Shown here piece after piece: positions 12,523-26,482 of a stretch of DNA of 64,000 nt. The notes below the pieces were generated by a model. It was not told where the DNA came from. It was given only the letters and a program-made list of their open reading frames with translations, and searched no databases. The stretch comes from Octopus vulgaris. Lineage: Eukaryota. The stretch is taken from contig OX597814.1 of the NCBI GenBank assembly GCA_951406725.2, forward strand, positions 215,016,001-215,080,000, in the 5' to 3' direction. How positions within the stretch are numbered: the first letter of the stretch is position 1; the number at the start of each line of letters is the position of its first letter. The position numbers were made by a program, and so were the translations under genes.

Positions 12523-12894
12523 CTTCTTCTTCTTCTTCTTCTTCTTCTTCTTCTACTTATTATTATTATTATTAAGGCCAATTCCTTTCTGTGTATATAT
12601 ATATAGATACTTCCAAACAAACATGATTTTCAATGAAATCCTAATATATATATTCTTGAAATTTTTGTTTAATATTTTCTCAAGATTTTTCCTTGTAAAG
12701 TGTTTTTAACATTTTCTCATTATTATCAAAGTATGTATATATGTATTGTAATATTTTGTGACAACCAGTACTTAACACAACAAAGCTTTTACAAAGCATT
12801 TCATTTTACTTTTGACAATCTTTTTCTAAAAAAGTGAAACCGGTCAAGTGAATAAACATCTTTAAAATTACATTTTCAAAGCTTCTTTCATATA

Positions 12895-12969
<75 letters not shown>

Positions 12970-12971
<2 letters not shown>

Positions 12972-13200
12972 GACGGACTTCCACTTACAAGGATTTGGTC
13001 GGTCCGAGGCTATAGTAGAAGATAGTTGTCCAAGGTGCCACGCAGTGGGACTGAACCTGGAACCATGTGGTTGGGAAGCAAGCTTCTTACTACACAGCCA
13101 CACCTGAGATCAAGTTCCGCCGAGGTCGACTTTGCTTTTTGTCCTTTCGGGGCCGATTAAATAAGCGTCACTTGTACGCTGGGGGTCGATGTAATCGACT
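12970..13200. mobile_element. Partial SINE A (-) fused to partial SINE B (+)
   Basis: Matches the family A head (ggaaccatgtggttgg) and the family B body (gaggtcgactttgc). Confidence 0.75.
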
Positions 13201-13353
13201 CCCATACATCCTCAATGAATGTCAACCCCAATGCCGTCTTGTACCGTCTCCAATAATTTACAGAAACCCTAACTGTTGAATAAAGAAGAGATTATTATGA
13301 TTGTTGTGAAAGATGAAATCAAACTCGGCAGAATTTGAGAGATGCGTTTGCTG

Positions 13354-13405
<52 letters not shown>

Positions 13406-13647
13406 CAAATGGTGGGGGCAAAGACGCGCTACCACAGAGCATGCTTCATACTACTACTACTACTTAGAGTGCCAAAAACACTTAGAGTGCTCCATCCATT
13501 CGTACTTCGGCTGAATAGACTCAGGAGATTGTGTTTAATTCCAAATATTTTCAAGCAATACATAATCTACGAATGAGGAACCATATCGTTTTCTTTCTGC
13601 TAGTCTGTCTTGGGTTTTGTGCTCTTTTTTGCAGTCTTTCAGTACTG

Positions 13648-14070
13648 CTTTACTCTTTACTCTTTTACTCTTTTACTTGTTTCAGTCATTTGACTGTGGC
13701 CATACTGGAGCACCGCCTTTAATCGAGCAACTCGACCCCGGGACTTATTCTTTTGTAAGCCCAGTACTTATTCTATCAGTCTCTTTTGCCGAACCGCTAA
13801 GTGACGGGGACATAAACACACCAGCATCGGTTGTCAATCAATGCTAGGGGGACAAACACAGACACACAAACACACACACACACACACATATATATATACA
13901 TATATACGACGGGCTTCTTTCAGTTTCCATCTACCAAATCCACTCACAAGGCATTGGTCGGCCCAAGGCTATAGTAGAAGACACTTACCCAAGGTGCCAC
14001 GCAGTGGGACTGAAGCCGGAACCATGTGGTTGGTAAGCAAGCTACTTACCACACAGCCACTCCTGCGCCT
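13648..14070 (-). mobile_element. SINE family A (tRNA head, internal (TA)n(TG)n, (AGTAAAAG)n tail)
   Basis: Reverse complement starts AGGCGCAGGAGTGGCTGTGTGG...GGCTTCAGTCCC; at least 9 near-full-length copies in the window. Confidence 0.92.
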
Positions 14071-14071
14071 A

Positions 14072-14290
14072 TTTATCAATAGTTGATATTTGGTTCCTTT
14101 ACATCCATTTTTGCACCCTTTTTGCTCTTCTGTTAAGATGTTCCGCTGATCCCTGAACACGTACGTATCATCCGTCAGTATCACGGTCAACATAACAAGC
14201 AGACAGGTTATTGGTCTGAAGTTGTCAACAGCTTTTTTCCTCTCTGGGACAATGTTATACTCGCTTTGGGCAACCAACCTGAAATTTCTG
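14072..14290 (-). mobile_element. R4/Dong-like reverse transcriptase fragment
   Basis: DNFRPITCL...ILTEEQKGCKNGCKGTKYQLLI (RT N-terminal subdomains). Confidence 0.75.
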
Positions 14291-14438
14291 TATGAATTTC
14301 AAGCAATGTGCTTTCGTGGCACTTCTTCTTTTGGTCTTTTATCTCTCTGTGGCCATAAATAATATAGTACCAGTCAAGTACTGGGGTCAATGTAATCGAC
14401 TAAACCCACCTCTCAAAATTGTTAGCCTCAAGCAGAAG

Positions 14439-14486
<48 letters not shown>

Positions 14487-15809
14487 TTATTATTATTATT
14501 ATTGCTGCTGCTGTTAATTTGTCGGAAAAATACCTACGGTATTTCTTTCGCCACACGTTCTGGGTTCAAATCTCACTGTGGTCAATCTTGCCTTTCATCC
14601 TTTTGGGATCGATAAAATACAGTACTAGTCAAGTATTGGGGGTTGATGTAATCGATTGCATATCTAGTGATATGTAACTAAAGAAAGTGCCTCCATGCCC
14701 CTTGCCTGAGAGATTTATTCAAGATTGAGAAAGGAGAAAAAGGGTGACCAATTGCCAAAAACCAAACCAAATTAATTTTTTCAAGGAACCCTTACGTGAT
14801 GTGTGGAATTATATTTTCCCTATTTATCGAAGCAAAGAATATAAGAATAAGGACCTAGTTTCCAAAACTAAAGATGGAGCAAAAAATAGGTACATCTGGG
14901 TCATCACATTTCTGTGTATGAATGTGCGTGTGTGTCTTTTAGTTTTTGCTTACTTATACACATCAAGAAATGAGCCAGGTGAAAACTCTGTGTGGTTGTT
15001 CAATTTGCTAGAAATAATTGCCAAATATCTCTCATACTATGCTATTGTTAGTATTAAGGAAAGGGAAAAAAATAGAATTATTATTTTTGATTTTGTTCGG
15101 CTCTATGATTTTTAAAAAAAATGCTTTCGTTCATTACTTGATACAAGAAAAAAGAAATTGGAAAAATTCCTGACCAAAATGGAGAAATTGTAACTTAACA
15201 AAAAATATGGAAAGAGAAAGAAAGGTTGTATTCGAAAGCCAAAAGATGTGTTTTAGCTGAAGTGTAATTTCACAGTTAAAACAAAGTCAAAATTTAAATT
15301 TCGGAACATAAGACCGACCATGTTATCTGGTGTATGGCCGAATTCAAATGGGTAGAAGACCTAAAACAAATGTGTGTGTGTGGTTGGACCTTTAATAACC
15401 AGGGGTCAATTTCAGTTCAATCATGGAAAGGAATTCAAATATCTATCAGCCACTCAGTTTTATGTCATCTCTCTCTCTCTCTTTCACTTTCACTCTCTCT
15501 CTCTCTCTTACTTTCTCTCTCACTTCCTCTCTCCCTTGCTGGACACACGCCTCAAATTTAAGTATCTTAATTTTCTCAATAAGCATGTTGCTGCTTCGGT
15601 GGCCCAGTAGGCATAGATGTTGAGAAGTAGTAATACAACACATAATAGGTGGCAGTTCCAAATCTCTTCCAGAAATTGCAAGAGATGTAGTTAAAAACTT
15701 TTAAGCAGCACAATTTTTTCAACAATTTAATTCTCTTAAGCGTGACACACGCGTCAGGTACGTACAAAAAACAAATTGGCGTATCAACATTAGTGATGAT
15801 AATGATTTC

Positions 15810-16470
15810 GAATTTTGGCACAAGGCCAGAAATTTCGGGAAAGGGAGAGTAAATCTATTACATCGACCACAGTACTCAGTTAGTACTTACTTTATCGACC
15901 CCGATTGGATAAAATTCAAAGTCGAACTCAGCGGTATTTGAACTCAGAACGTCAGGACGGACGAAATATCACTAAGCATTTTGTCCGGCGCGTTAAGAGT
16001 TTTGCCAGTTCGTTACCCTAATAGTAGTAGTAGTAGTAGTAGTAATAATAATAATAATAATAATGATGGTTTCAAATTTTGCTACAAGGGCAACCATTTT
16101 GGGGACGGGGATAAGTCAATTACATGGACCCCAGTATTTTACTAGTACTTAATTTATTGACCTCGAAAGGATGAAAGGCAAATTCGACCTTGGCGAAATT
16201 TGAACTCAGAACGTAACGACAGATAAAATATCGCTAGGCATTTCGCCTGGTGTGCTAACGATTCTTTTCTACTCTAGGCACAAGGCCTGAAATTTGGGGA
16301 GAGGGGACCAGTCGATTAGATCGACGCCAGTATGCAACTGGTACTTAAGTTATCCACCCCGAAAGGATGAAAGATAAAGTCGACCTCGGTGGAATTTGAA
16401 CTCAGAACGTAGCAGCAGACGAAATACTGATAAGCATTTCTCACAGCGTGCTAACGATTCTGCCAGCAGT
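15810..16470 (-). mobile_element. Cluster of three SINE family B copies
   Basis: Repeated gaaaggatgaaaggcaaagtcgacctcggcggaatttgaactcagaacg-type body with tRNA-like heads. Confidence 0.85.
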
Positions 16471-17617
16471 ATAGTGCTGTGACAATTCTGCCTTAATAGT
16501 AGTAGTAATAACGATAGTAATTCTCATTCGGTGCAAACGGCTCGCAAATTGTGTACAATATATGAGGGACTGAGCCAAGTTATATCGAGAAATGAAAGAG
16601 GTTAAAGGGGATTGTTTGCAGAACAGGTCTGTAGATTTAGAGGTTTGTTGGTTATTTACTCTAGAGATTTAAGCTGGTTTTCATCTTCGTAACTCCCTTC
16701 CTATATGGTATTTGACAGATTCAACAAATCCTCAAATGTTTTTGCAAGTACTTAGTGTGTTTGATATTTAAGTGGAAATTTGGAACTTTATCACTCCCTA
16801 CACTTTTTTCCAGTTTTCGTATCGACGTTGAACTGATTTCTAGTTTGTTTTACCTAGTTTTTCTGGTAAAAATCTATTGTGATTAGTGTTCAACTGTTTG
16901 ATTTGTTCAAAGAATCGTTGTCGCCTTTATATTGAAATATTCTTTGCAATTCAGCGAGAATTTCTTGGCCTAGAAGTATTTTTATTTCAGGTACGCCCTT
17001 TTTGTTTTGTTGCGTCTTTCTGTAGTATTTGCCTTCCGTTCTATTCTATTCATTATTAAGGATCGCGAGATGTTTTCTTTAACCTTCTTTCTCTGTATGT
17101 TTGCTTTTCACGTTGTCTACTTCATATCTGGCGTCCTTATATGAATAGTTTTTAGGAAATACTTTGTGATTAATGTGGCTCTTACATCATTGTCCTGATA
17201 ATATTGATATTCGCATCTACTTCCACTCAGTCTACGATGGCCAGATTTTCGTAATTTTTTGTTGTGCATATTTCTTTTCTTTTTTTTTTTTTGTTAAGTA
17301 AGGGTTTTCACTGATCCATAAGGAGATCTATTGATTTTTATATTCTTCAGATATCTCCTCCTTTAGGTTACTGATATATTCAAAAGTTCCAACTGAAGAA
17401 TGCTCTTTTCTTAAACCTTTTTTATATTGCCTTTTATACATATATTTTCTTTTGTATAGTTCTAGTTTTGCTTTTCTTGGTTAGTCCTCTGTAGATAATG
17501 CTGAGTTTTATTTTGATGTTAACATTTATTATTTTTGTGTTTTTCATAAGTTACGTCTAACTTTATTATTTGCGTTCTCAAATTCCATACCCTTAATATA
17601 CAGATTCTATATTTTAA

Positions 17618-17905
17618 CTAGCAGTATCGCCTGGCGTTGCTCGGGTTTGTAAGGGAAATAACTATATAAGCATTTTTAGAGAGTTATAGCCAAAAAGTAG
17701 CAAAAAAATGCATTGAAAATGGAAAACAAATGATGGTAAATTTTTTTTTAATCGTTGACTCATCGTAGACGCGCGCTAATACCCAGAAGGGCTCGATATG
17801 AATCACGACTATAAGATACCCGGTTTTGGTTAAACTGCACCGGAAAATGTGGGAATAGTTAGGAATCTAAATCGTAGGAGACAGACACAACTTGACTTTT
17901 ATATA
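17618..17905 (-). mobile_element. Non-autonomous Helitron-like element
   Basis: The - strand ends in a GC hairpin (cccgagcaacgccagg) followed by CTAG|T; near-identical to 45367-45750. Confidence 0.8.
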
Positions 17906-18479
17906 TTTTAATATACAGATTCTAATTTTGTCGTTTGCTTTTGTTCACTGTTTCTCAATTCGTTATGTAGTTTCCTTTTAAATGTTCTATTTCTATGTTT
18001 GGTATCACTTTAGACTTGAGAATGTATACTCTTAATTATCTTGTCTGTTTGGATTCATAGTTAGATTTATATGGTGATTATTTACTCGACAGACATCATA
18101 CATTTATTTTGTTTCGGGGAAAATATATATATATATCATATACACGTAATATAATCGTATTTCACTTATGCTTATTTCTGTTACATACTTTATACAATTT
18201 TCTGTTTTATTTTTCTGAACTTCAAGAGTAATATACACCTTTTAATACAGTTGGTCATCCTTTTACTTTTCAAGTATTGGCGTATTTCATTCTGGCGGAA
18301 TCTGGAACTGTGTATGCTTAATTTTCGAGTTTTGTATGTACCAAACTTAAATTATACAGCCCCATTTTCCTGGCTGCGTTAATGATACAAATTTCATTTG
18401 TATTGTCCGTCATACTTTTTTCCTGTTTCTAATTGAATATGTCTTGTAATGATGTGTGTGTACGTGTATAAATATATAT

Positions 18480-18564
<85 letters not shown>

Positions 18565-19074
18565 TGTATATATGTATGTGTGTGTGTGTGTGCGTGCGTA
18601 TGTATGTATCTTTTATCTCTTACGTGTTTCAGTCATTAAACTGCATCTATTCTGGGGCACCGCCTTGAAGAATTTTTGTGCCCACAAAACCGTGACGCCC
18701 AAGCCGCACACCAAATTCACTAAAGTATCTCGTTGAAAAAAGCGGGATAAATGTTAACCAAATTGGTGCATTCATCAAACCGTGACATCTAAGTCACATA
18801 ATGATTGGTCAAAATACTGTTAGTAAGATTCGACCTGATGGAGCCCATCTAAGGAGCCCATCTACAGGACAAATCTAGTCATTTCACTACAGTTATCAAT
18901 TGTGGAACACGGCTGTCACTAAATAAGCCTGATGACTGTGCAGCGCATGGAAGTACTAGTTTATTTCAATATTGTTAAATTCTAAAAACTGTAAATAAGA
19001 AAACGTGAACATCAGACCAAGATGAAATTTAATTGATTAATATTTTCTTCTATGCGCAATTATACAAAGTCGGA

Positions 19075-19160
<86 letters not shown>

Positions 19161-19237
19161 ACCATATGGATGGGAAGCAAAATCCTTATTAGACAAGCAC
19201 ACCTGATACATACATGCACACGCACATGTATGTATGT

Positions 19238-19336
<99 letters not shown>

Positions 19337-20598
19337 CAGGGGTTGGTCAAAATACTAAAAACACCTAGCATCATAGCATCATAATTATGAAATATCTATA
19401 AAACCGTCAAATGCTTGTTCATTTTTATGTTTTTTGATTTATTATTAGTGTTGCTTAATAATATGTTTTGCTAAAATTGCTGTTTCATTTTAGATATTAT
19501 CAGAAAAAGGTAATTACAATTCATTAAAATGACAGGTCTGTCGGACTTTCAGAGTGATCAAATTGTTGGTGCTCGTATGATAGACGCTAGTTTAACGAAA
19601 ACAGCCGAAATGTTTGGTGTATCAAGAAGTACTGTCTCGAAAGTAATGACAGCCTTTGAGAAAGAGGGAAAAACCTCCTCGTCGAAACAGAACTCGGAAG
19701 AAAACCAAAACTTTCAGATAGGGACCGTCAGACTCTTTCGCGAATTGTTAGAAAGGATCACAAGAGTACAGCTCCCAAAATTACTGCAGAACTTAATGAC
19801 CACCTTGAGAATACAGTTTCCACAAAATCTGTTCGCCGGGAGCTGCACAAAGCCAGATTTCACGGGAGGGCTGCAATCAGAAAACCACTACTTTCAAAAA
19901 CAAACGTTTCAAAGCGTTTAGAGTGGAGTAAAAACCTACAGAATTAGTCCCTAGAGCAGTGGAAGAATGTTATTTTCTCGGACGAGTGATCCTTTACTTT
20001 GTTTCCGACCACCGGCCGAGTATACGTGTGGAGACAGCCAAAAGAAGCATTTGACCCATATTGCCTTTTTCCAACTGTTAAACATGGATATTCTGTAATA
20101 TTCTAGTGGTGGGGGGGTATATCTTGGAAATCCACTGGCCCAATGGTTTCCCTTCATGGCAGAATTAATAGTCAAGACTATTTAATCAGTTTATCTGATG
20201 AAATTCATCCTATAGTTGCGGAACTGTTTCCAGAGTGAAACACAATCTTTCAGGATGATAATGCACCAATTCACACAGCTAAAGTTGTTAATGAATGGCA
20301 CAAGGAACATTCTAGTGAAGTTGAACATCTTATCTGGTCACCACAGTCCCCAGATCTCAATATTATTGAACATTTATGGTACATTTTAGACAAACAAGTA
20401 AGGAGTTGATATCCTCCATCATCATCACTACATGAACTGGAGACTGTTTTAGCTAAAGAATGGTCAGAAATTCCTTTGGAAATAATTCAAACTTGATACG
20501 AGTCCATACCTCGTAGAATTCAAGCTGTAATTACAGCCAAAGGCAGTCCTAATTTGTTTGAAATTGTAAGGTGTTTCCATTATTTTGTCCAACCCCTG
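19337..20598 (+). mobile_element. Full-length Tc1-family transposon with ~30-bp TIRs; transposase pseudogene
   Basis: CAGGGGTTGGTCAAAATA...TATTTTGTCCAACCCCTG|TA. ATG 19529 (LSDFQSDQIVGAR, HTH), IFSDE, FQDDNAPIH, WSPQSPDLNIIEHLW; frameshifts and stops. Confidence 0.93.
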
Positions 20599-20642
20599 TA
20601 TATCTTCTTCTTCTTCTTCTTCTTCTTCTTCTTCTTCTTCTT

Positions 20643-20765
<123 letters not shown>

Positions 20766-21506
20766 GAGTGAGAGAGCAGTTCATGCCATCAAAGTGACAC
20801 TGGGGTAAAATATACGAAGCCCAATATACCCATCATGACTACCCGTCTGATAAAGGTACACCAGGCACATGCATCACAACCATATGTGCGCGACATGGTG
20901 ATCTCATATCAAGATAAACAGCACATGACCTTGCAGGTGGGGCCCAGTTAGAATTTTCTTCTGGTCGAGTAGCCCATCCCGCTCAAAAGGTCCCCTGAAT
21001 AAGGGTTGTTTAAGGATGTTGAAAGAACCACCCATGTTTCCAGAGATGAATCATTCAAGCCCCAAAGAATCCATCTCAACACATGGCTATGATGCTCCCC
21101 CAGGCTATGATGTTGGATGTGCGCGATGCCTAGTAATGCTATTTTCTGTATGTTATATACATTCGTAAGACCTGGTGTTTTTGTTATGTATTTGTCTGAA
21201 TGTCAATTTATCATACCTAGTGTACCTACTATAATAGGAATTGGTTCGGTTTTTAGGTTCCACATTACCTGTATTTCCAGATCTTTGTATTTTGAAATGT
21301 TCTCCATTTCTTTTAGAGAAACATTATTATCTGTTGGTATTGATACATCGATTCGAAAGCATTTTTTTTCTTGGTGATCTCTGACAACTATATCCAGCCT
21401 ATTGGCCTATTTCTTAATAGGTGTATGTTGGCATATCCCTAAGTATGGTTGCTTTCTCATTTTCTGTGACCTTTTCTGAGGTGTGCCTATAACATCTTTT
21501 TTTCTG
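20766..21506 (-). mobile_element. 5'-truncated R4/Dong-like element in (TAA)n
   Basis: RLDIVV...IDVSIP endonuclease remnant, KTEPIPIIVGTLGMI, and a 3' UTR ending ctctcactc(aat)n; (TTA)n arrays on both sides. Confidence 0.82.
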
Positions 21507-21551
21507 TTATTATTATTATTATTATTATTATCATTATTATTATTATTATTA

Positions 21552-21621
<70 letters not shown>

Positions 21622-21649
21622 CTTTTTTTCTTGATTATTATCATTGGTG

Positions 21650-22780
21650 TTATTTAGTTTTAATTTGAAGGTTAAGAGATGTCGAAATATAGCTGAAAGC
21701 TTGGCAAGGAGAAGTGACGAGGGCAGAAAAGAAAAACTTCCATACAACGCAAGCATTTAGATTGATAGGTATTTTATAACGATGTAGGCAGCACCTGTCA
21801 GGACAATCTCTTTGATTTCGTAGAGACAAGGCTTTTCTGAGATGTTGTCTAAATCTTCCTGGTGGGTTGTTGTTTGGTCTACTGCATTTTGGTTTCGGAG
21901 AATGTATTGCCCATGTAGGGGCTTCTGGCTCCACCGCCTCTCAATTTGTTTCTGTCCGTTCTTTTTTGCAGTCTGCTTGATTTGTTTTGCTTGCTTGGTA
22001 GCAGTTGTTTCAGGCTCTTCATCTAACTCAGGGTTAATACCAAATTCTCTTTCGAATTTATAAGTTTCTTTGCCTATAAAATATGACATTTTGCTTCTTT
22101 CATGTTCGCACACAAGTCGCAGCACCCAGTCCTCTGTACTAGAAAAGTACCTGTTTATTTCTATAGTTGAGGTCAAATAGCACAGTTCAAATTGCATCAT
22201 TCCTCTCCACCCCCTTTACTTCTAGGTAGGTACAGACAGTATACATCTGCCTTAGGGTGGTGCATGTTCTTGGATATCAATAATTTTCTTGTCTTCCCGT
22301 CCAGCCGTTGGAGTTCCGTAGGATTCTAGTTAATGATGTTAAAATTGTACTGGACTACTAGAAGTGCCAGGGAGTGTTAATGGTTTCAGTGCGATTTTTA
22401 GAGTTGAGTTTAGTCTTTTTTACAATTCCTTTTTTATTTTTTCTTTCATAGTAGCATGATGTATACCATTTTCTTCGTTTATTCCCAGGTATTTATAATT
22501 TTTTGTGGGTCAAGTTCCTTGATGGTAATGTCGATATCTGATTTGATGGAAGCTGTTTATCTTACAAAATTGCTTCAGCACACTCATGGCGACCAAAATC
22601 CATCCCGATGTCGTTGCTAACCTCTTTAACAGTCGTTAACAACCCTTCTAGTTCTTGGTAATTCCTTGCAAATAGCTTTATATCGCCCATGTGAAAAAGA
22701 TGGTTTATTTTATTAAAAATTTGGTACGCATATCTGGTGTTATCCAATTCGTTTGAGAGTGGGATTAGTGCTTTGCAAAA
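21650..22780 (-). mobile_element. R4/Dong-like RT plus C-terminal fragment, internally deleted
   Basis: NHLFHMGDIKLFA (decayed YMDD), HPKADVYCLYLPRSKG, WSQKPLHGQY; adjoins (TTA)n. Confidence 0.85.
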
Positions 22781-24911
22781 AAAGTATTATTCATGAACCT
22801 TATTTTCATCGGGAGCTTTCGTTGCACTAGCGAGCGCAGCTCTGTGGACCTTGGGTATGTGCTGTGGTTTGTTTTGGTGTTAACTTTACTGTATCGAAAG
22901 TGCTTTAGGTAGGATAGATTCTGTTGAGTGAGGATTGCATTAGACTAAGATTATTTTTCTTAGTATTTTTTGTGTTTCTCGGCAAAATACGTTAATCTAG
23001 CTTGTATCAGTTCACATCACAGTTAAATATGAGATTTATATTATTTTAGAATATACCTACGATAGTCAAATGTGCTATCCGTGAAAATAAGTATTTCTTA
23101 TATTTTCGTACTATGAAACCGTAGCGAAAGACCGGGCCCGAGGAACCACTAAGTGTTTACGATACATTTATTTACATGGCTTAAACAATGAAAAAAAAAA
23201 AAACAGAAAGAAAAGAAAAAGCATACTATATAAAAGCTTTAATAACTTTCTGAATGACCAATACCATTTCTAATTCTTAAGCGCTCCATCAATTTCTTTT
23301 TCGGTGAATTACATTTAATATTTGCGTTTTATGAGTGATTGTTTGAAGTCGGACAATGACTTAGATGGGGGCGTATTTATTATTACTAATTGGTATTTAC
23401 TAATAAATGAAATATTTAAACGTTCTTAGTTTAAGTATTTGCCATAGTTTATTGATGAGAGGACATTGAAACATTTGTAGTCGTATTATTTATGATGCAT
23501 ATTTAAACCAATTTAAATGTCTTTTAATACTCATCTGTTTTATACTTCAATAGGATGCTGTCGGTTTGATAATAATATAACAGTTTTCATAGTTTCAGTA
23601 AAATATTAACAAATATTTCTCCAAGTAGAAATATGTTACATTAGGTTACAAACTACTTCAATCGAAAAAAAAAAAACTGTCCGTTTTTTATAGGAAAACA
23701 CGCGTACCTCGTTAATCCGTCGGTCATTTAATCATATGATCATGATAAAATGATTTTACATTATTTATATATTTGCTTCATTTTGGTATTACGCTACACA
23801 AACGTTACACATATTGACATTATACCAAAATGGACTATATGCTAAATGAAAAATAAAATAAGATAAAAATGTGAGAGAAAACCAAATATAGAGAGCCTCT
23901 TAAATACAACTCATTAATTCTTCTATCTAATAATTAGGAAAATTTCCCTTGTGTTCAACTAAGACTATTAAATTTGTTTTAGCATTTCAACATAACTGTA
24001 CATCAGAAATATTATTGTCGTAAGGCTTCAGGTATTATCCCACACAAAACTTTTCAATTGTCCATTCACTTTTATGGCTTTAATATCAACATTTACAAAG
24101 TATCTATCGCCAAAATTAATCTAGGAACTAATTAGTTTTTGGTTTGGAACTGTTAGGAAAATGTTTATGGTTCATACGACATATAGGAAAAAAAAATCTT
24201 AAGTCGGTATTTATTTTTCATTGTTTCTAGAGAACTAATTATTGAAACTGATACACATTAACTTTCTCAATAAAAAATTTCTTGTTTTTCTTTTCTTTCC
24301 TTATTGGTTGTTTCGTTTATTGTCACTGTCTTATTCAACTATCATGTATTTTAAGCCCATCTTTCTATGTGCAAATTAATTTTCCAAACTTTCATTTCAT
24401 GATATTTATAGGTTAAATAATTGAATCAATCAACATATAAGAAATTGCTAGTATGACATAATGACGTGTTATAAAATTTGAACACTTTTTTTTAAGAAAG
24501 AGTATACCGATCTTTATATTGAACATGATAGATTTAAAATTAAAAATATATTTTAAGGCAGAAACAGTGGCAAACGAAAATATGTGAACGGTGACATGTT
24601 TATATTCTTTTAAAATATTCTACTAACAAACCCCAAAAAGTACTTTTGTTTTTAGCATAGTGAAATATTTCGAGAATTGTTTCAGCACTTTAGATTGTAA
24701 AGCTTCAGATATTGTTTTACCGTACGTGTCATTATATACACATTGAAAATTTATATTTCTTTTAGTTGTGTTACATCAATGGATTGCTGGAGAAATTGGG
24801 AATTTATTCACTTATTCACGTTCATATTTTCTTTATATATTAATACAGACACTGTTTAAAAAGGGTATCATATTTACTGCTCAGTTTTCGTTAGTGTACC
24901 AAAGAAATGTT

Positions 24912-25005
<94 letters not shown>

Positions 25006-25059
25006 GTCTGTCTGTCTTTCTGCCTGTCTGTCTGTCTGTGTATACACACATGTGAATCG

Positions 25060-25242
25060 TTGGCAATTTTTTTTCCTCCGTTTTCCTTTTCTATTTGACT
25101 TTCCTCTGTTTCTGAAGAAGAGCTTTACTCCAAACATTAAACCATCTTTCTTTCCTTCCCTGATCGTCTGTTAATACCTCACATGCACCATGTCTTCGCG
25201 TTGTTGTTTTTTTGTGTTTGTTCTTGGTTTTTAAAATTTACA
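25060..25242 (+). mobile_element. Penelope-like terminal fragment with degenerate hammerhead-like motif
   Basis: CTGAAGA-A-GAGC-TTT-ACTC-CAAAC at 25112-25135; related to 8205-8430 and 58740-58935; ends at (TA)n. Confidence 0.5.
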
Positions 25243-25254
25243 TATATATATATA

Positions 25255-25464
25255 TCTACTATATATTTGTGAAATGGACGGACGTTGTCTCACAAGCAGT
25301 TGTGCAGGCAAAATTGTTAGTAAATGTGGTCGGATTGGCATGAAAATTTGCACACCTATGTTAAAAGTGCTGGAGAGTTTGTTCAATTGAAAGGTGTGGC
25401 AAAAATTCCCCATTTTTAAAATCTGGTCCAAGTAGACACGAATGAAATCGGGTTATAATACTAG
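25255..25464 (+). mobile_element. Helitron-like non-autonomous element
   Basis: A|TC start, degenerate subterminal hairpin, CTAG|T end; inserted in (TA)n. Confidence 0.6.
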
Positions 25465-25477
25465 TATATATATATAA

Positions 25478-25889
25478 TACTCTTTTACTCTTTTACTTGT
25501 TTCAATCATTTGACTGCGGCCATGCTGGAGCACCGCCTTTAGTCGAGCAAATCGACCCCGGTACTTATTCTTTGTAAGCCCAGTACTTATTCTATCGGTC
25601 TCTTTTTTGCCGAACCGCTAAGTGACGGGGACGTAAACACACCAGCATCGGTTGTCAAGCAATGCTAGGGGGACAAACACAGACACACAAACACACACAC
25701 ACATATATATATATATATATGCATATATACGACAGGCTTCTTTCAGTTTCCGTCTACCAAATCCACTCACAAGACATTGGTCGGCCCGGGGCTATAGCAG
25801 AAGACACTTGCCCAAGATGCCACGCAGTGGACTGAACCCGGAACCATGTGATTGGTTAGCAAGCTACTTACCACACAGCCACTCCTGTG

Positions 25890-25892
<3 letters not shown>
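25478..25892 (-). mobile_element. SINE family A
   Basis: Full head, body and tail match to the other copies. Confidence 0.92.
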
Positions 25893-25928
<36 letters not shown>

Positions 25929-25964
25929 AATAATATAAATATATGCATATATACATACATATAA

Positions 25965-26351
25965 GTACATACCTACATATATATGTATATATACATGCAT
26001 ATATGGCTACAGGACATCAAAAAAACGTTGAACACAATGAGAAACGAAAACATAAAAACAAAAACATGGAAACGAACTTTTTTTCGAACATCGAAGAAAA
26101 AACAAACAGAAAAACGAGACATACAACACAAAGAATATTCCCCTTCTTCAGTTGTTCCTGTGTCAACTACTCCACGTTTCGAAAACAGAGACAACTGAAG
26201 AAGGGGAATATTCTTTGTGTTGTATGTTTCGTTTCTCTGTTTGTTTGTTTTTTTTTTCGATGTTCGATAAAAAGTTCGTTTCTATGCTTTTGTTTTTATG
26301 TTTTCGTTTCTCATTGTGTTCGTTTTTTTCATGTCCTGCACCCATATATGC

Positions 26352-26386
<35 letters not shown>

Positions 26387-26410
26387 CATATATATATATG
26401 TAGGTATGTA
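25965..26410. repeat. Inverted repeat (arms about 170-200 bp, 35-bp spacer), Penelope-like terminal sequence
   Basis: ...acacaaagaatattccccttcttcagttgt [spacer] acaactgaagaaggggaatattctttgtgt...; a single-arm homologue lies at 57355-57590. Confidence 0.85.
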
Positions 26411-26448
26411 CATATATGTATGTATATATGCATCCTTTTCCAAGAAAG

Positions 26449-26482
<34 letters not shown>

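Noticed and set aside
13841-14086. Recurrent peptide SFRLPNPLTRHWSARGYSRRHLPK suggesting a gene family
   Set aside because: Translation of SINE family A copies.
16500-18400. T-rich stretch possibly a decayed Penelope/LINE ORF on the - strand (also 32400-34600)
   Set aside because: No diagnostic RT or GIY-YIG motif could be read with confidence.
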